The notes under the pieces are model-generated. The model did not search any database and had not been told where the DNA came from. It was given only the letters and a program-made list of their open reading frames with translations. From Trichodelitschia bisporula (Eukaryota), in assembly GCA_010356995.1 (NCBI GenBank), contig ML996694.1:1-64000 (forward strand): DNA of 64,000 nucleotides. The letters run 5' to 3'. Shown in pieces: positions 11,585-23,040 of this stretch (position 1 is its first letter; each line of letters opens with the position of its first letter). The translations under genes and the position numbers were made by a program.

Positions 11585-13132
11585 GATGTCAGATAGTATG
11601 GGGAAACGTGGATGAACGGCGGACTCGGGACAGAGACTCTATTTGAAGGTGCACACTGCAGTGGGAACTATAGAAAAGAATGCACCGGCAGCTGTACCAA
11701 TGAGTTCCTCAACAACTGCAGCATTATCAGTTGACGCAGCAGCGAGATTGTCCTAGCGCACCGCGTTGGATAACGCATATATTCCCGGCCTAACGTCTTG
11801 GATAACATCAACGCCTCCGTGGTGCTGATAACCCAGTGCGCCCCGCCACTGGAGCAGCCATGATCGACGGCCAGACCACGGAGTGGACCCCGCTTCGCGG
11901 CATGTGCAAATAGACCAAGAGATAATGGAAAAGTGATTGTCGCTCCGCCCCTCCCGGCTCTGGCTGAGGGACGGGACATGACTTTTTTAATTAGCTCTTG
12001 AACCGACTGCTCGCAGCCACGATACCGCAGGTAAGCTTTTGCCAACGCAAGGCTAAGCTGGTGCATCGTACTCGGACAATGGGCCGGCCTAGGCGGAGCT
12101 CGCGTGGTGAGGCTCACCGAAGTACTTGCCGATTGGTGGTGATATTTCCAGCATGGGGGGTTTGCACAGTGGAGATGATGTGGTTGGGTGAAATCTGGGG
12201 CCGGGGAAGTCTTTATCGTTGATAAGGCTGGGGCCCCGCTGACGTCAGACCTTAGCGCCTGATTGGGGACGAAGCGAGAAGATAGTCGGAACCAGTAGCC
12301 GACAGGACGCGATAAGCGGATCTTGAGTCCGAACACCAAGAACGCACTTCCGACGGGAATAAGCAGTGCGATCATATACCAATGCGGTGTGTGGCTGCTA
12401 AAGAATGCGCTTTATCTTTTTCGAGGGCCGCTGCGAATTGATCACAAATCGCCGCTTACGTCAATTGACGTGAACGAGGCGGTATCACAGCCTTGCGACT
12501 TGCCTGTCCCAGCGCGGGCGGAACCCAGTCAGTTTCCCTGCTGCCGTTGACAGAAATTTGCAGACTAGCGAGTAGCTCTAGCTAGGACAATCTGCTCTGG
12601 CGGCGGAATCCCTTGCTGATATAGTGAAGCCAAGTTGCATGGGGCCCGCCGGTGCCATCGACTTCGAACACACAGTGTGGAGTGCCACCGGCGAACCCGG
12701 GTCCATATCAACTCACCGCGATTGTTTCTTCCTTGTGCAGTATGCTCCTGATCAGCTTAGGGTTAGGCTCAGGGTTCTTTGCGTACCGTAGCTGGCTTTT
12801 CTCATAATCTGACAAAAAGTGTATGCCCTGGCAGATGGCAGGCAGGTGCTAGTTGACATTGGTCCCTGTGGTCAATGCGGGGGAAGTGGGGCACGGTTGG
12901 GACTGAAAAGCATGCCGGTCAATGGTTTCTCACTAACAAATCTCAAGAATGTGAATAAATCAGACGCTTCATATTGACTTCTATCATCCTCAGCCGTATG
13001 AACCAGAAGGTTGGTCGAACATCCTTTCAGTTCCACATGAGGAGGAAGTCTGAGACCCGTTGTCGAGTCCACTTTTCCCGCCATCAGGCTTTGAAAGCGG
13101 AGATTCTTTCCTTCAAATTTTATCGGTTGTTT

Positions 13133-13513
13133 CTAGGCGTGGTCGCCGACGTCGGTGTGTGTCTGCCATGTGTACGCGTATGGAAGCGGTAGCCCGAACT
13201 GCGAGATGACAGCGCGAATTTCTCGAAACTCAGCGTCCTCCCGCTCGTGCTGCTCCTCGATACCCTCCTTCTTGATTTGCGGCTCCTCGGGACACTCTTG
13301 CTTGATTTGCGGCTCCTCAGAACTCTCCCGCTTGATTTGCTGTTTCTCAGAACTCTGCCGCTCGTATTGCTGTGAACGCTTCTTCTCAGCTTTCCTCTTC
13401 CTGTAGCGCCGCACCCGGGCTCTCTTCCGCTTACGCTGCTGCTCATTAGCTATGTCTTCAGCTCTCCGCTGCTTGTGCTGCTCCTCCAACTGCTCTCTCA
13501 GCCTCAACCTCAG
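13133..13513 (-). other. In-frame open extension downstream of the stop of the protease-like gene: charged coiled-coil, basic patches and 10-aa repeats
   Basis: Same frame as 14098-13514, directly after TGA. KRKRARVRRYRKRK, then SEKQQIKRES/SEEPQIKQEC/PEEPQIKKEG encoded by 30-bp repeats. Confidence 0.5.
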
Positions 13514-14374
13514 TCACTCTGCGCGGTTCTGCTCAGCGACCTCCCCCCAGCCTCGATTTGGTTGCTGGTACCCAGTGTCCTGCAGATTCAACGTGGACTG
13601 GGGGCCTCTGGTCCTGGAAGCTTCTCCCGGTGTCGGAAACCCAGTTTTATGTCGCATACGGAAGCTTGGTTGCTGCTGCTCACTGTTCTGCGGCCTCGGC
13701 CTGATCTCGTGTCCTCCGAGTTTGAGAATTTGTCCGGGTTCCGGCGGTCCAATTGGCGCCCACTTCTCGCGCTCGCTGTCGGGCCAGTCCACGCCGTATT
13801 CGTCTTCAAACGCGTGAACGAGCTCCTGAATACTGTGTGCCAACCTAGAGGTGCCCGCTGGCGCCTTCGCTAAGTTGAGCAAGTAAACCTCGTAACCTGG
13901 ACGAAAGCTGGACCATACATTCGTGCTCTGCATGTTGCAGGTAAAGCCACCGCTATCGAGACCCTGCGGAGTGACGACGTTATGGTAGACGAGAATGGGC
14001 TGGCCGATAATGTTGATCGGCAACTCGGGAATGTACAGGACGGAGGTCAAATACAGTGTCCCCTCCCTGAATGCTTCCGTCTGGACCTTTAACTCCACCG
14101 TACCGATACCCGCGACGTGGACAGTTCCCTTAGGGCATTGGGCGGTGGAGTCTATCGGCTTGAAGTCGACGAACCATTGCCTTTGCGTGGCAACACTGAA
14201 ACGTGTTAGAAAGTACTTTCATAAGAGGGACACATCGACGTACTGGACTTCGGAATCAGAGGCATACACCCAATCTGGATGGAGTCTCTTGTACAAGCAC
14301 AAGCTCTGTGTAATGTCGTGCCGATTGGGCATGACGATACCAGGATCCCGCGCGAAAAAATGTGAATGGCGCAT
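13514..14374 (-). CDS. Intron-containing gene with a Ty1/copia protease-like beta-barrel domain (probably catalytically dead). Alternative start at 14332.
   Basis: Removing intron 14243-14196 (GTACGT..CTAAC..CAG) gives HPDWVYASDSEVHVATQRQWFVDFKP...VAGIGTVELK...LYLTSVLYIPELPINIIG. This matches the copia PR pattern W..DSGA..H......F.......G.G.V......L..VL.VP.L..NL.S. Confidence 0.65.
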
Positions 14375-14989
14375 TGGGTGTGGGAATGTTGGATGACAAA
14401 CGCCAGTAGAGGGCAAAGCGAAGGGATGAGGCGGTAGACAACTAGAAAAAATATTATGGTGTGAATGTGGAAGGAAATCGGGGAGGATGGGGAGGAGGGG
14501 AAAGATATCCAAGCGGCAAGAGTGTAGAGGCTCCTGTTTGGGTGGCCCCAGCGCATGGAGCTTGCCCATAAATACGGCAGGAACGATCCAAGGTGAGCAG
14601 TTGAGACACGGCAGGTACATGTTGCCAAGCATCATGGACATTCCGGCAAAGATGTTTTGGGACGAGAGGTGTACGTCACGTGAGCACCTCAGCCTTGCAT
14701 ACCTTCGCAGACTGGAAGTGACACTGCAGAGCTGTGTCTGACAGAAGTGTTGGTCTTGACATAATTCAAAGTCAAGCTTGGGGGCAGACCCAGGAAAATA
14801 GGGCGAAACGGCGGGGCCGTCGATTCATATACTGATGCTAAGTAGAAACAGAAGACCGCCCAGAAACAGAACATCATGTATATCGTGCGACCGGGCTGGA
14901 AGTAAGCCATCACCTTGTTCTCGCGGCTTAGGGTCTCGACGGCCTTGGACCATTTGGCGAAATTGCTGGTCCACAAATGAATTGACCGC

Positions 14990-16213
14990 GCGGTCTTCAC
15001 GTTCTCGCATGTGTTGTCGAAACTGCGGATCCTGAACTTCGCGGATCGCACGATCGTACTGTTCCTGCATCGCTTGCCGGACCACCGGATCGATGACGCC
15101 AAAAGAAAGGATCCCAATTCAGTGACTCGCATGATTCTGCGGTTGACGGGTTGATAGGGTTTTTGTGTACGTCCAGGATCTGCATCTGGACAACAATCGT
15201 GTCCAACAGCACAAAAGCCTGTGCCCCCGGCGACCTGGAAGAATACCTGATGGGGGGGAAGGCCGCTCGGTCGAGGCCGAGGGTCTCTTCTTCGTGGTCC
15301 CAGATGGTGAGAGCGCTCGATCCGGAGTTATTCAGAAAGCCGACTCCGACTCTGTTCGAGCTCTCAGAGCCGCCGAATGAGGGGACAAGGCGGATTACAC
15401 CTTGGAGCTGCCGCAATGTTAGCAAGTCTGCACAGGATACAGCAGGTAATGTGTTCCAAGAGTCATACCACATCGGGGTCCCAGCTCGCAGTTGGGGCGA
15501 GCGGGAGCATTGTCCCAACCAGGTCCTGAGGCGTTCAGATTTGGCTGCGGAAGATGGCGTCGAGTGGACTAACCTCAACCCACAGGGGCTTTGAGATCCT
15601 TGCGGCGGACTCAAGGCTGGCCACCTTTCCGTCCAGGGCGCAAAGCACCCCGGACTCCCCCCCTTCTAGCCTTTCGACAATGCGAGCAAGGTGGCGTGCT
15701 GTGCCACCATGTCCGGACGACTCATGAGACCCCGAAGCTTCTCGATCTTTTCCGCCGACGTTTCAGGCGGTTTCGGGCGCCCAGCATCAACCCAAGGAGT
15801 ATCGGGGGGGATATCGGCGCCTGGGGGGATGCGGAACGAAACGATTTCCCCTGAAGGGGTGTAGACCGTGGACTACCCTCCTCCACCCATAGGGTCTTTC
15901 GCACCATTGCCGCTGACTCCGTTTTTGCGGCCTTGCCGTCCTGGGCGCATAGGACCCCGGACTCGCCCCTCTCCAGCATTTCTACGATGCACTGGAGATT
16001 CCGTCTTTGGGACTCCATGCCTGGAGCCCTGATCAGACCCCGAAGTCGGATGATTGTCTCGGCGGTCGTTTCCGGTGGTGGTGGGCTGCCAGCATCGGGC
16101 CAAGGAATCTCTGGGGGAGCAGCGGCGCCTGGCGAGATGCGGAGCGTAACGATTTCCCCCGAAGGGGTGTAGACCGGGGAAATGGAGTGGCGCTTGACTA
16201 TGGTGGCCTTCAA
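14990..16213 (-). pseudogene. Decayed gene with two tandem copies of an unknown ~100-aa domain followed by a possible retropepsin-like (clan AA) domain
   Basis: 308-bp tandem duplication (VYTPSGEIV...LWVE twice) with 1-nt frameshifts. Introns GTTAGT..CAG and GTATGA..GCTAAC..CAG. Then VGFLNNSGSSALTI..LGL and, after another frameshift, RWSG. Confidence 0.5.
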
Positions 16214-16639
16214 CGTTCAATAAAGAGGACCGTGGGGACTGGGGACTAAGGCACAAACTAAAGCGAGTCAGCGAGTCGTCAGTAAAATGTTGGGACAATG
16301 GGGTGAAGAACGTCACGAACCTCAGTATGGTGATCCGAAACTTAGGATTGCAAAGTTGAGAAGAGGAAGAGGGAGAGAGACGAAGGACCTAAGTACCCAG
16401 CTCCCTCAGAGATCCGGGAAGGAGCCCTGGGTGGCGACCCTGTGCCTTGCAGGAGCGCCCCCGAGTCTGGGAGAAAACATGACCAGACCCGTGACAAAGA
16501 ATGCAGGTATGGGATGCAGTGATGATGGACCTGTTCTCAATACTGTTTGTGTGCTATTTATGTCAGAACTGCGAGTGTGTGTTTACGACCCCCTTCGGCG
16601 CAACTCACCGTGAAGGTTCCCCTTTCAACGCTTGTACTC

Positions 16640-16997
16640 GCAGGTGTCGTCCCCAGGAGGTCACCTTCTTGATGAATATCGGCTTCAGAGCAGTAGCCAC
16701 CAGTGGGGTGAACCGCACCGCCCGGCAAGTCGCCCCCTCGCCCGCACTGCTGACGAGACCGCCCGCCGTTGGTCTGGGAAGGCAGCAACTGGCTCGATAG
16801 ATCGTTTCCTAGATGCTAGCAGGTGTCGTCCCCGGGAGGTCGCCTTCTTAATAAATATCGGCTTCAGAGTAGTAGCCACCAGTGTGGTAAACCGCACCGC
16901 CCGGCAAGTCGCCCCCTCGCCCGCCCTGCTGACGAGCCCGCCCGCCTTCGGTCTGGGAAGGCAGCAACTGGCTCGATACGTCGTTTCCCAGATGCTG
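16640..16997. repeat. 179-bp tandem duplication, 2 units, with RIP-type differences
   Basis: Units begin GCAGGTGTCGTCCCC at 16640 and 16819. Confidence 0.92.
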
Positions 16998-17202
16998 ACG
17001 TTACCTTCCGGATGCCGGGATTGACTACCACCGGGAGTAGGACCCCTTGGGCCCTTGTGAGGCCTTTCCCCGTGACATCTACCAAGCTATGTCAACGGAG
17101 GTAACCTACTACGGTAGTGTACCCAGTTGCTAAACGCGGCACTCCCAAAACTCGGACCCGGCATAGGTTCAATCCCGACGATGATGCAAGATGCCTGACT
17201 CA

Positions 17203-17246
17203 CTCCTCACTGTATACGCGTCTCCTCATTGTATACGCGTCTCCTC
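17203..17246. repeat. 19-bp tandem repeat containing two ACGCGT boxes, upstream of a TATATAAA
   Basis: CTCCTCA(C/T)TGTATACGCGT x2 plus CTCCTC; TATATAAA at 17261. Confidence 0.75.
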
Positions 17247-17338
17247 GGCCTGTATATGTGTATATAAAGCCCTGCTTGACTCCCCGTACATTTTTCCCAC
17301 TGCAAGTATTGCGCCAAAGCTCCGCGATGCTATTGAAA

Positions 17339-18200
17339 ATGGACTCCGGCTCTCACTCCCAACATCATTCCCAAGAGGATTCCACTATGATGGTTATACT
17401 GACAATTGCTGACTGCTTTAGCAGGCCGCACAAGTCATAGAAGATCCGGAAGGCCCTGTCGGCACTTGGGAAGTTCGGGCACCCAATGGCCAGTTAACCT
17501 CAATCCTGTGTCAGCCTGGTCAAATGCCTTCGGAAGCCCAATGGAAAAAACTGGCGGATGCCTGCCAACCGCAACTTATCGATCGGACTATGAGAATTGA
17601 GCACCTGACGTAACTTTTGGGAAATCCTGCGATGGGGCGCCAGTTCAAGAATATCTGCACTGTCATTCGGATACTTCAGGATGGTCGGCACGATGATAAG
17701 TTCGCCGTTCAGGATAGAGAACTGGTCCAAGACATCAACCAGGCGGTTCGTAGTGCGAAGCCACTTTGGACTGAGGTATGTTTCACTAGCACTCGGTTGC
17801 ATCAAGTCTCACGTCGTATGCTAGAGTATCTACCCGGGAGGATGTGAGGTAAAGTGGATCCATGCCGGCTTACCTTTCCGACACGGTGAAGAGAAGTAGG
17901 CATGCAAGAGGAAGGGGGTCTTCATACTCGATAATGTTGCCTTAAGCAATGCTGCCATTCGTAAGCTTGGCCAGTCTCTCATCTTCGAAGCAATGATGCG
18001 TCGCCTGCGATTTGCATGCCACGAGGTATCATTGTGCTGGAGCGGCTCTACGTTTACGAGCGAGCGGGGGTGAAGGTGGACGGTGATGGGGTTCAGGTTG
18101 CCAGCTCTAAGTGCAAGGCAGAGCTCTCGAATGGCGAGCTCTCTGATTCGGAGTAGAAGTACGCTCGTTGAAGTTCGGCAGCAGCGGCGCACGGTGTGAG
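17339..18200 (+). pseudogene. Divergently oriented, decayed paralog of the 15570-16213 domain (3' boundary uncertain)
   Basis: VRAPNGQLTSILCQPG...IEHLT*LLGNPAMGRQFKNICTVIRILQDG...AVQD...KPLWTE|gtatgt aligns with VYTPSGEIVTLRISPG...IIRLRGLIRAPGMESQRRNLQCIVEMLERG...AQD...KPLWVE|gttagt. In-frame stops are present. Confidence 0.55.
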
Positions 18201-18269
18201 CTTCGCGAGCTATCGCTAGTGTTCGTATTTGGTATACTAGTTTGAGTCACACAACGCTAGTTCTCATAT

Positions 18270-19990
18270 CTATGGCTTTTCTATCCGCCAGTCGAACTTG
18301 CTCTCCCACGCGTGACCTGCCCGGAGCACCTTGCTATCCTGCCACAGGCCGCCCACAATCTGCATACCCACCGGGAGATACACGTCCTTCTTCGTCTCCG
18401 ACGGCAGCCAGCCCACCGGAATCGTCATCGCCGGTTGCCCCGTTACGTCAAACATGGCCGTGTTCGATGTCAATCCGACGGTGGGCTGGATCGTCGCAAT
18501 CGGCGTCGTTAGCGGGCCGTGCTCGCGCGCGACAAATGACGTCGTGGGCAGGACCAGAACGTCGTACGTCTCCAGTGCATTCTCGTACGCATCACGCACA
18601 CGGCGTGTCAAGTTCTGCGCCTTGCAGTAGATGCCAGGGAAGTTGTCGATCAGGTAAAGGCCGTTGAGCATTGTGTTCTTCGTCGTCGGGAAGGCCTTGT
18701 CGAACTTCTCCTGCGTCCACTGGTGCAGCGCCTTGTCGAGCTCCGTCAGACCGTAGCCGCGACGGCCGAAGACCTTCCCGAGCAAGTTTGAGCTACCGGC
18801 GATGCGTTGCTGGATGGTCCACACAGCCGTGCCGAGCAGGTGGTCCGGGATCGACACGTCCTCAACAGTGGCGCCAAGCTCCTTGAACCGCATCGCCGCT
18901 GCCAGCACGGCCGCCTTCATGCCAGGGTCGACAATTGCCTGCGTGAACCCTTCTGTAAGAATGCCTACCTTGAAACCGGTGAGGTCCGTTGCCGACGACA
19001 GCTTCAGGTCTGCGGCAAAGGTGGTTGTGCCATGCTTCGGAGCGCCGAGGGACCGGTCGTCGATACCGTCGTAGCCGCTAATGGCGTCGAGGCAGAGTGC
19101 TGCATCCATGACCGTCTTCGTCAGCGGCCCAGCATGGTCGTCAACAGGGTCGTTGCTGGCAATGCCGGTGTACGGCACGAGGCCGTGGGTGGGTTTGAGT
19201 CCGACGCATCCGCACAGCGCGGCGGGGACACGAATGCTGCCGCCCTGGTCGGCGCCGATACAAATGTCTACAAATCCACCACCCACCAGCGCGGCGCCGC
19301 CAGATGTGCTGCCGCCGGCATTGAAGCCCTTGGCGTGCGGGTTCTCGATGGTGCCGTAGGCGCTGCTCATAGAGCTTGTCGACTGGCACATGTTCTCGCA
19401 GTTGGAGGTGCCCACGATCTCGGCGCCAGCCTCAAGCGCCCAGGTCACCACCGTCGCATCGCTGCTAGGCACCCACGGCTCGATGATGTCTGTCCCCAAA
19501 GTTTGAGGCACGCCGGCTACTGTGATGCAATCTTTGAGGCACACCGTCTTGCCCGTCAATGGGCCGTTGATAGACGCGTCTTTAATGGAGAAAGTATGTG
19601 CCCAAGCAGTACCAAGGACCTGATCTTCGGGCGGCACTCTCCGCACATTGTTACGCGGGAAGCGCTCGAGGTCTGTAGGCGGGTGGTAATCGGGCAATGC
19701 CTCGATCATGGCGGCGCAATCATGGCACTAGAAGGTTAGCGGAACAAGACGCGAGGCAAGACGGGAGGAGCAACTCACAGCAGCCAGTAGCTTGGTGTAG
19801 TCGGCCTCATCTTCGGGAGAGACCTTCACGCCCACCTTCGACGAGGCGATGCTGATATGGTCGGTGGTGACAGGATTGGATCTGTAAGACGTGAGCGGAG
19901 TCTCGTACGGAGGTGAAAAGGGCCGGCGGGACGCGCGGGGAGCGGAGTGCGGGGTGCTCACTCGGAGATGCTTGTGAAAAGGACCGACAT
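18270..19990 (-). CDS. Amidase-signature family enzyme
   Basis: ATG 19990 with two 5' introns (GTGAGC..CAG, GTGAGT..GCTAAC..TAG). Ser-cisSer-Lys motifs VCLKDCI, AGGSTSG and GADQGGSIRVPAALCGCVGLKPT. Confidence 0.93.
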
Positions 19991-20353
19991 TTTTGTGGAA
20001 CTTTCTCTTGACGACTTCAAACCGCGAACTTTGTTCAACAAGTAATGTGCACCGTCCCTCCCAGCATATATCACCATCGACTGACTCACCATGTGGGATG
20101 TCACTTATCTCGCCGCCTGCCGCCTTCCTCCCTCCCCGCTGCATTGCGGCAAGATAGGCTATCGCATGGCAATTATTCCCGTCAGCGCACCCGTCGGGAG
20201 TTCACCACATGTCCGATCATCGGAAGCTGAGCAGACGATGCATTTAAGCTGAGCTGGTAAGCGCCATAGCTCTCATCCCATAGCAGACTTCCTCTCGTCT
20301 TCACATCCATCTTCATCTCATCTCGTCGTCGCCCAACCACCTCATCCCCCACC

Positions 20354-21376
20354 ATGTCCACCCCCTACAACCTGGGCACCGACGCCCTCAAAGTGGCTCC
20401 CTTCAAGTGGGACGATCACTACGACTTCCCTCGCAACCTCGTCGGCTTCGGCGAAAAGTCGCTCAACCCGCAGTGGCCCAATGGCGCGAAAATCGCCGTC
20501 TCGTTCGTCATCAACTACGAGGAGGGCGCCGAGCACACCGTCCTCAACGGCGACGTCCACTCGGAGACACACCTCTGGGAGGCGCCCGGCGGCACTCCGC
20601 ACGTTCAGGAGCGCGCAGTCAACATCGAGTCCGAGTACGACTACGGCGCCCGCGCCGGCGTGTGGCGCCTCTTCCGCCTGTTCAACAAGCACAACTTCAA
20701 GTACACATTGTACGCCGTCGGTCAGGCGCTCGAGGGCAACCCCGCAGTGGCACGGCATTCGGTCGAGAACGGGCACGACATTGCGTCCCACGCGTACCGC
20801 TGGATCGACTATCACAACATGCCGGCGGAGCAAGAGAAGGAGTACATTCGCAAGGCCCTGACGTCGATCAAGGAGACGAGCGGCGTCTACCCCAAAGGCT
20901 GGTACTACGGCCGGCTCTCGCCTCGCTCGCACGCGCTGGTGTGGGACGTGTACAAGGAGATGGGCGTGCCTCTGCTGTGGGAGTCGGACTCGTACGCCGA
21001 CGACGTGCCATACTGGGTCGACGTGCCGGCTGAGAAGGACTCGCCAAACCCCGAGGGCATGCTCATGATCCCGTACTCGTACGACTGCAACGACTACAAG
21101 TTCAACGTGGCCACTGGCTTTGGCGCGCCGCACGATTTCTACGATCATGTCAAGGGCGCCTTTGACGTGCTGTACGAGGAGGGCTCTGAAGGCTCGCCAA
21201 AGATGATGACCATCGGCCTGCATTGCCGCTGCATCGGCAAGCCGGCGCGCTTTGCGGCGCTCAAGAAGTTTGTTGAGTACATTGCGGCCAAGGAGGGTGT
21301 GTGGGTGGCGACGCGCACGCAGATTGCGGAGCACTTCCGTGAGAAGTTCCCGTACAAGAAGGGCCAACTCGCGTAG
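20354..21376 (+). CDS. CE4 polysaccharide-deacetylase-fold amidohydrolase, PuuE allantoinase / S. pombe Cda1-like
   Basis: Intronless 340 aa. FPRNLVGFG, WPNGAKIAVSFVINYEEGAE, ESEYDYGARAGVWR, HDIASHAYRW, DSYADDVPYW and MMTIGLHCRCIGKPAR are PuuE-subfamily hallmarks. Confidence 0.93.
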   Translation: MSTPYNLGTDALKVAPFKWDDHYDFPRNLVGFGEKSLNPQWPNGAKIAVSFVINYEEGAEHTVLNGDVHSETHLWEAPGGTPHVQERAVNIESEYDYGARAGVWRLFRLFNKHNFKYTLYAVGQALEGNPAVARHSVENGHDIASHAYRWIDYHNMPAEQEKEYIRKALTSIKETSGVYPKGWYYGRLSPRSHALVWDVYKEMGVPLLWESDSYADDVPYWVDVPAEKDSPNPEGMLMIPYSYDCNDYKFNVATGFGAPHDFYDHVKGAFDVLYEEGSEGSPKMMTIGLHCRCIGKPARFAALKKFVEYIAAKEGVWVATRTQIAEHFREKFPYKKGQLA

Positions 21377-22247
21377 ATTCGTAGCCTCGTGATGAATTAT
21401 GATGTTTCTTGCCCATTGCTTATGGTGATGTGCGCCCTCGCCCCGTGTGGAATGTCTCCCAAAGCCCTGGCTGTTTCCCACAAATATCGGAGCATCAAAT
21501 GACGTCCATCGGCACCTCCTCCGAGCCGTCATCTCTCAACGCTTGCCATATCTTGCTCTCATCCGGCCTTCGACTTCCCGTTCCCCTCTTCACTTGCTGC
21601 GCCGGACCGACCAGAAGCCAGTCAAAATGGATTTCCCCTTTCGTGAGTGCTCGAGCACCGGCACCTGCCAGGTCGGAATCTGCGGCCAGCAATCGGACCG
21701 AGTTGCTGATTCGCAGACGCCAGACCCTGTTCATTTGCACCGAACCTTCGCTTGCCCGACCTCTATCGGGCCGCTGACACGTTCCCAGTTGCCCGATTCT
21801 AAGCCGACCACATGCCAACTGGCCACGACCCCGGCGAATCAAACAACTTTGGACATCGCATGGAGCCAGCTCTCAAATATGCAATGACAGGAATGTTTTT
21901 TTTGGAGTATGAAAGAGTCTGTTTAGGGCAGCGCATGCCAGTTCCAGAATCATGCAATTTTAGCAATTGTTTGGTTCCGCCAATGAGCGAATTGCAAAAC
22001 ATCGCATAGAAGGAGAGAGTGATCGCGGCTGCCCGCTCAAGAGGCATCGCACCCATCTCCTCTCATCTCCATTGAACAGGCTCCATTGCAAAAATGCTGT
22101 CCAAGTTTCAAAGTCATAACCCGCTGTAGCAGCCCACTGTCGCTTTCGCCTCCTTTCCAAACCCATTACCAAGCTCCATCGCTCAGTAGGTTCCGTGTGA
22201 AAGCCCATGAAGCGATGTGTGTCTAACAGCCGCATAGCACCTCCATC

Positions 22248-22504
22248 ATGTCCGGCAACAAGAATCATCAGAACGAGACCTCCAATACCCAAAATCCACC
22301 ACAAACGAACCGAAGTCCAACAAGGCCTTCGACTACAACTACGGCGTGCCAGACTTCACGACAGAGGAAATGAAGTGGCTGAAAGACAACTGGAAGGGTG
22401 AATTCAACTTTCTCATTGCGTATGGCCTGAAAATGCAAAATCACGAGGACCGCGCGGAGGGTCGGCGTATTTGCCGGATCATGATGGACCCGGACGACGA
22501 CTGA
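22248..22504 (+). other. Small conserved-looking fungal ORF; either frameshifted after ATG 22248 or a 44-aa ORF from ATG 22370
   Basis: FTTEEMKWLKDNWKGEFNFLIAYGLKMQNHEDRAEGRRICRIMM resembles a recurrent small fungal protein motif (WLK...G.EF.FL..YGL.....EDR.EGR.I.R). The upstream ATG is in a different frame. Confidence 0.5.
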
Positions 22505-23040
22505 TCTCGATACCATAGTCGGTCACCGAGACACCTGTGCACCTGTCGTGGGGTCCTTGGGACCTGCCGGTTGCGGGTGCACTGAATGACGTTTAATGAG
22601 AGCCATTTGCTTTTGGCGTTTGCTGCACATCTGAGCTGAGTTTCTACTGTATCTTAATGCAAGCAATGAAAATTCTAGACTGCTGAATACGAGGCAAATG
22701 ACTCTCTGTGATCCATGTTGCCTCATGACTGAATTTATTCCCTTCTAGTACATATTTCATCAAGTCTTCTGTTCTTGATACGGGAAGCCGACATTCGAGA
22801 GCCTCTGACCTTCATCATACGGTATGCTCAAGCAAGCCAGCAACGATGATGCCTCATCCTGAGCGTATCCCCATCTACAGTAACCTAGCTCCCGTGCAAA
22901 ATGCCGGAATCACAATCAACCGGAGCTCGGAAAAGTCAGATGAGGTACAGTAAATCATGAGGGCCGTTCAAATGAACAAGCCTCTGTATCATAGAGCAGT
23001 ACAGGTACCAATGACAGCAGGTATGCCATTCATACAATCA

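Noticed and set aside
11668..12375. 235-aa minus-strand ORF upstream of NCS1-1
   Set aside because: No domain-like features, and it overlaps the GATA/CGG-rich presumed promoter.
16500..17300. Possible solo LTR around the 179-bp and 19-bp repeats
   Set aside because: No TG...CA boundaries with a TSD and no second copy could be defined in the window.
20354..21376. Chitin deacetylase annotation
   Set aside because: There is no signal peptide, and the motifs match the intracellular PuuE-like CE4 subfamily.
20342..21532. Long antisense or alternative-frame ORFs (e.g. 20342-21532, 18807-19739, 22957-23982, 24572-25858, 50687-51868)
   Set aside because: Shadow ORFs caused by high GC3 codon bias of the real genes; no recognisable motifs.
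21409..22056. Several short ORFs between the PuuE-like gene and the micro-ORF
   Set aside because: No coding bias or motifs that I can support.
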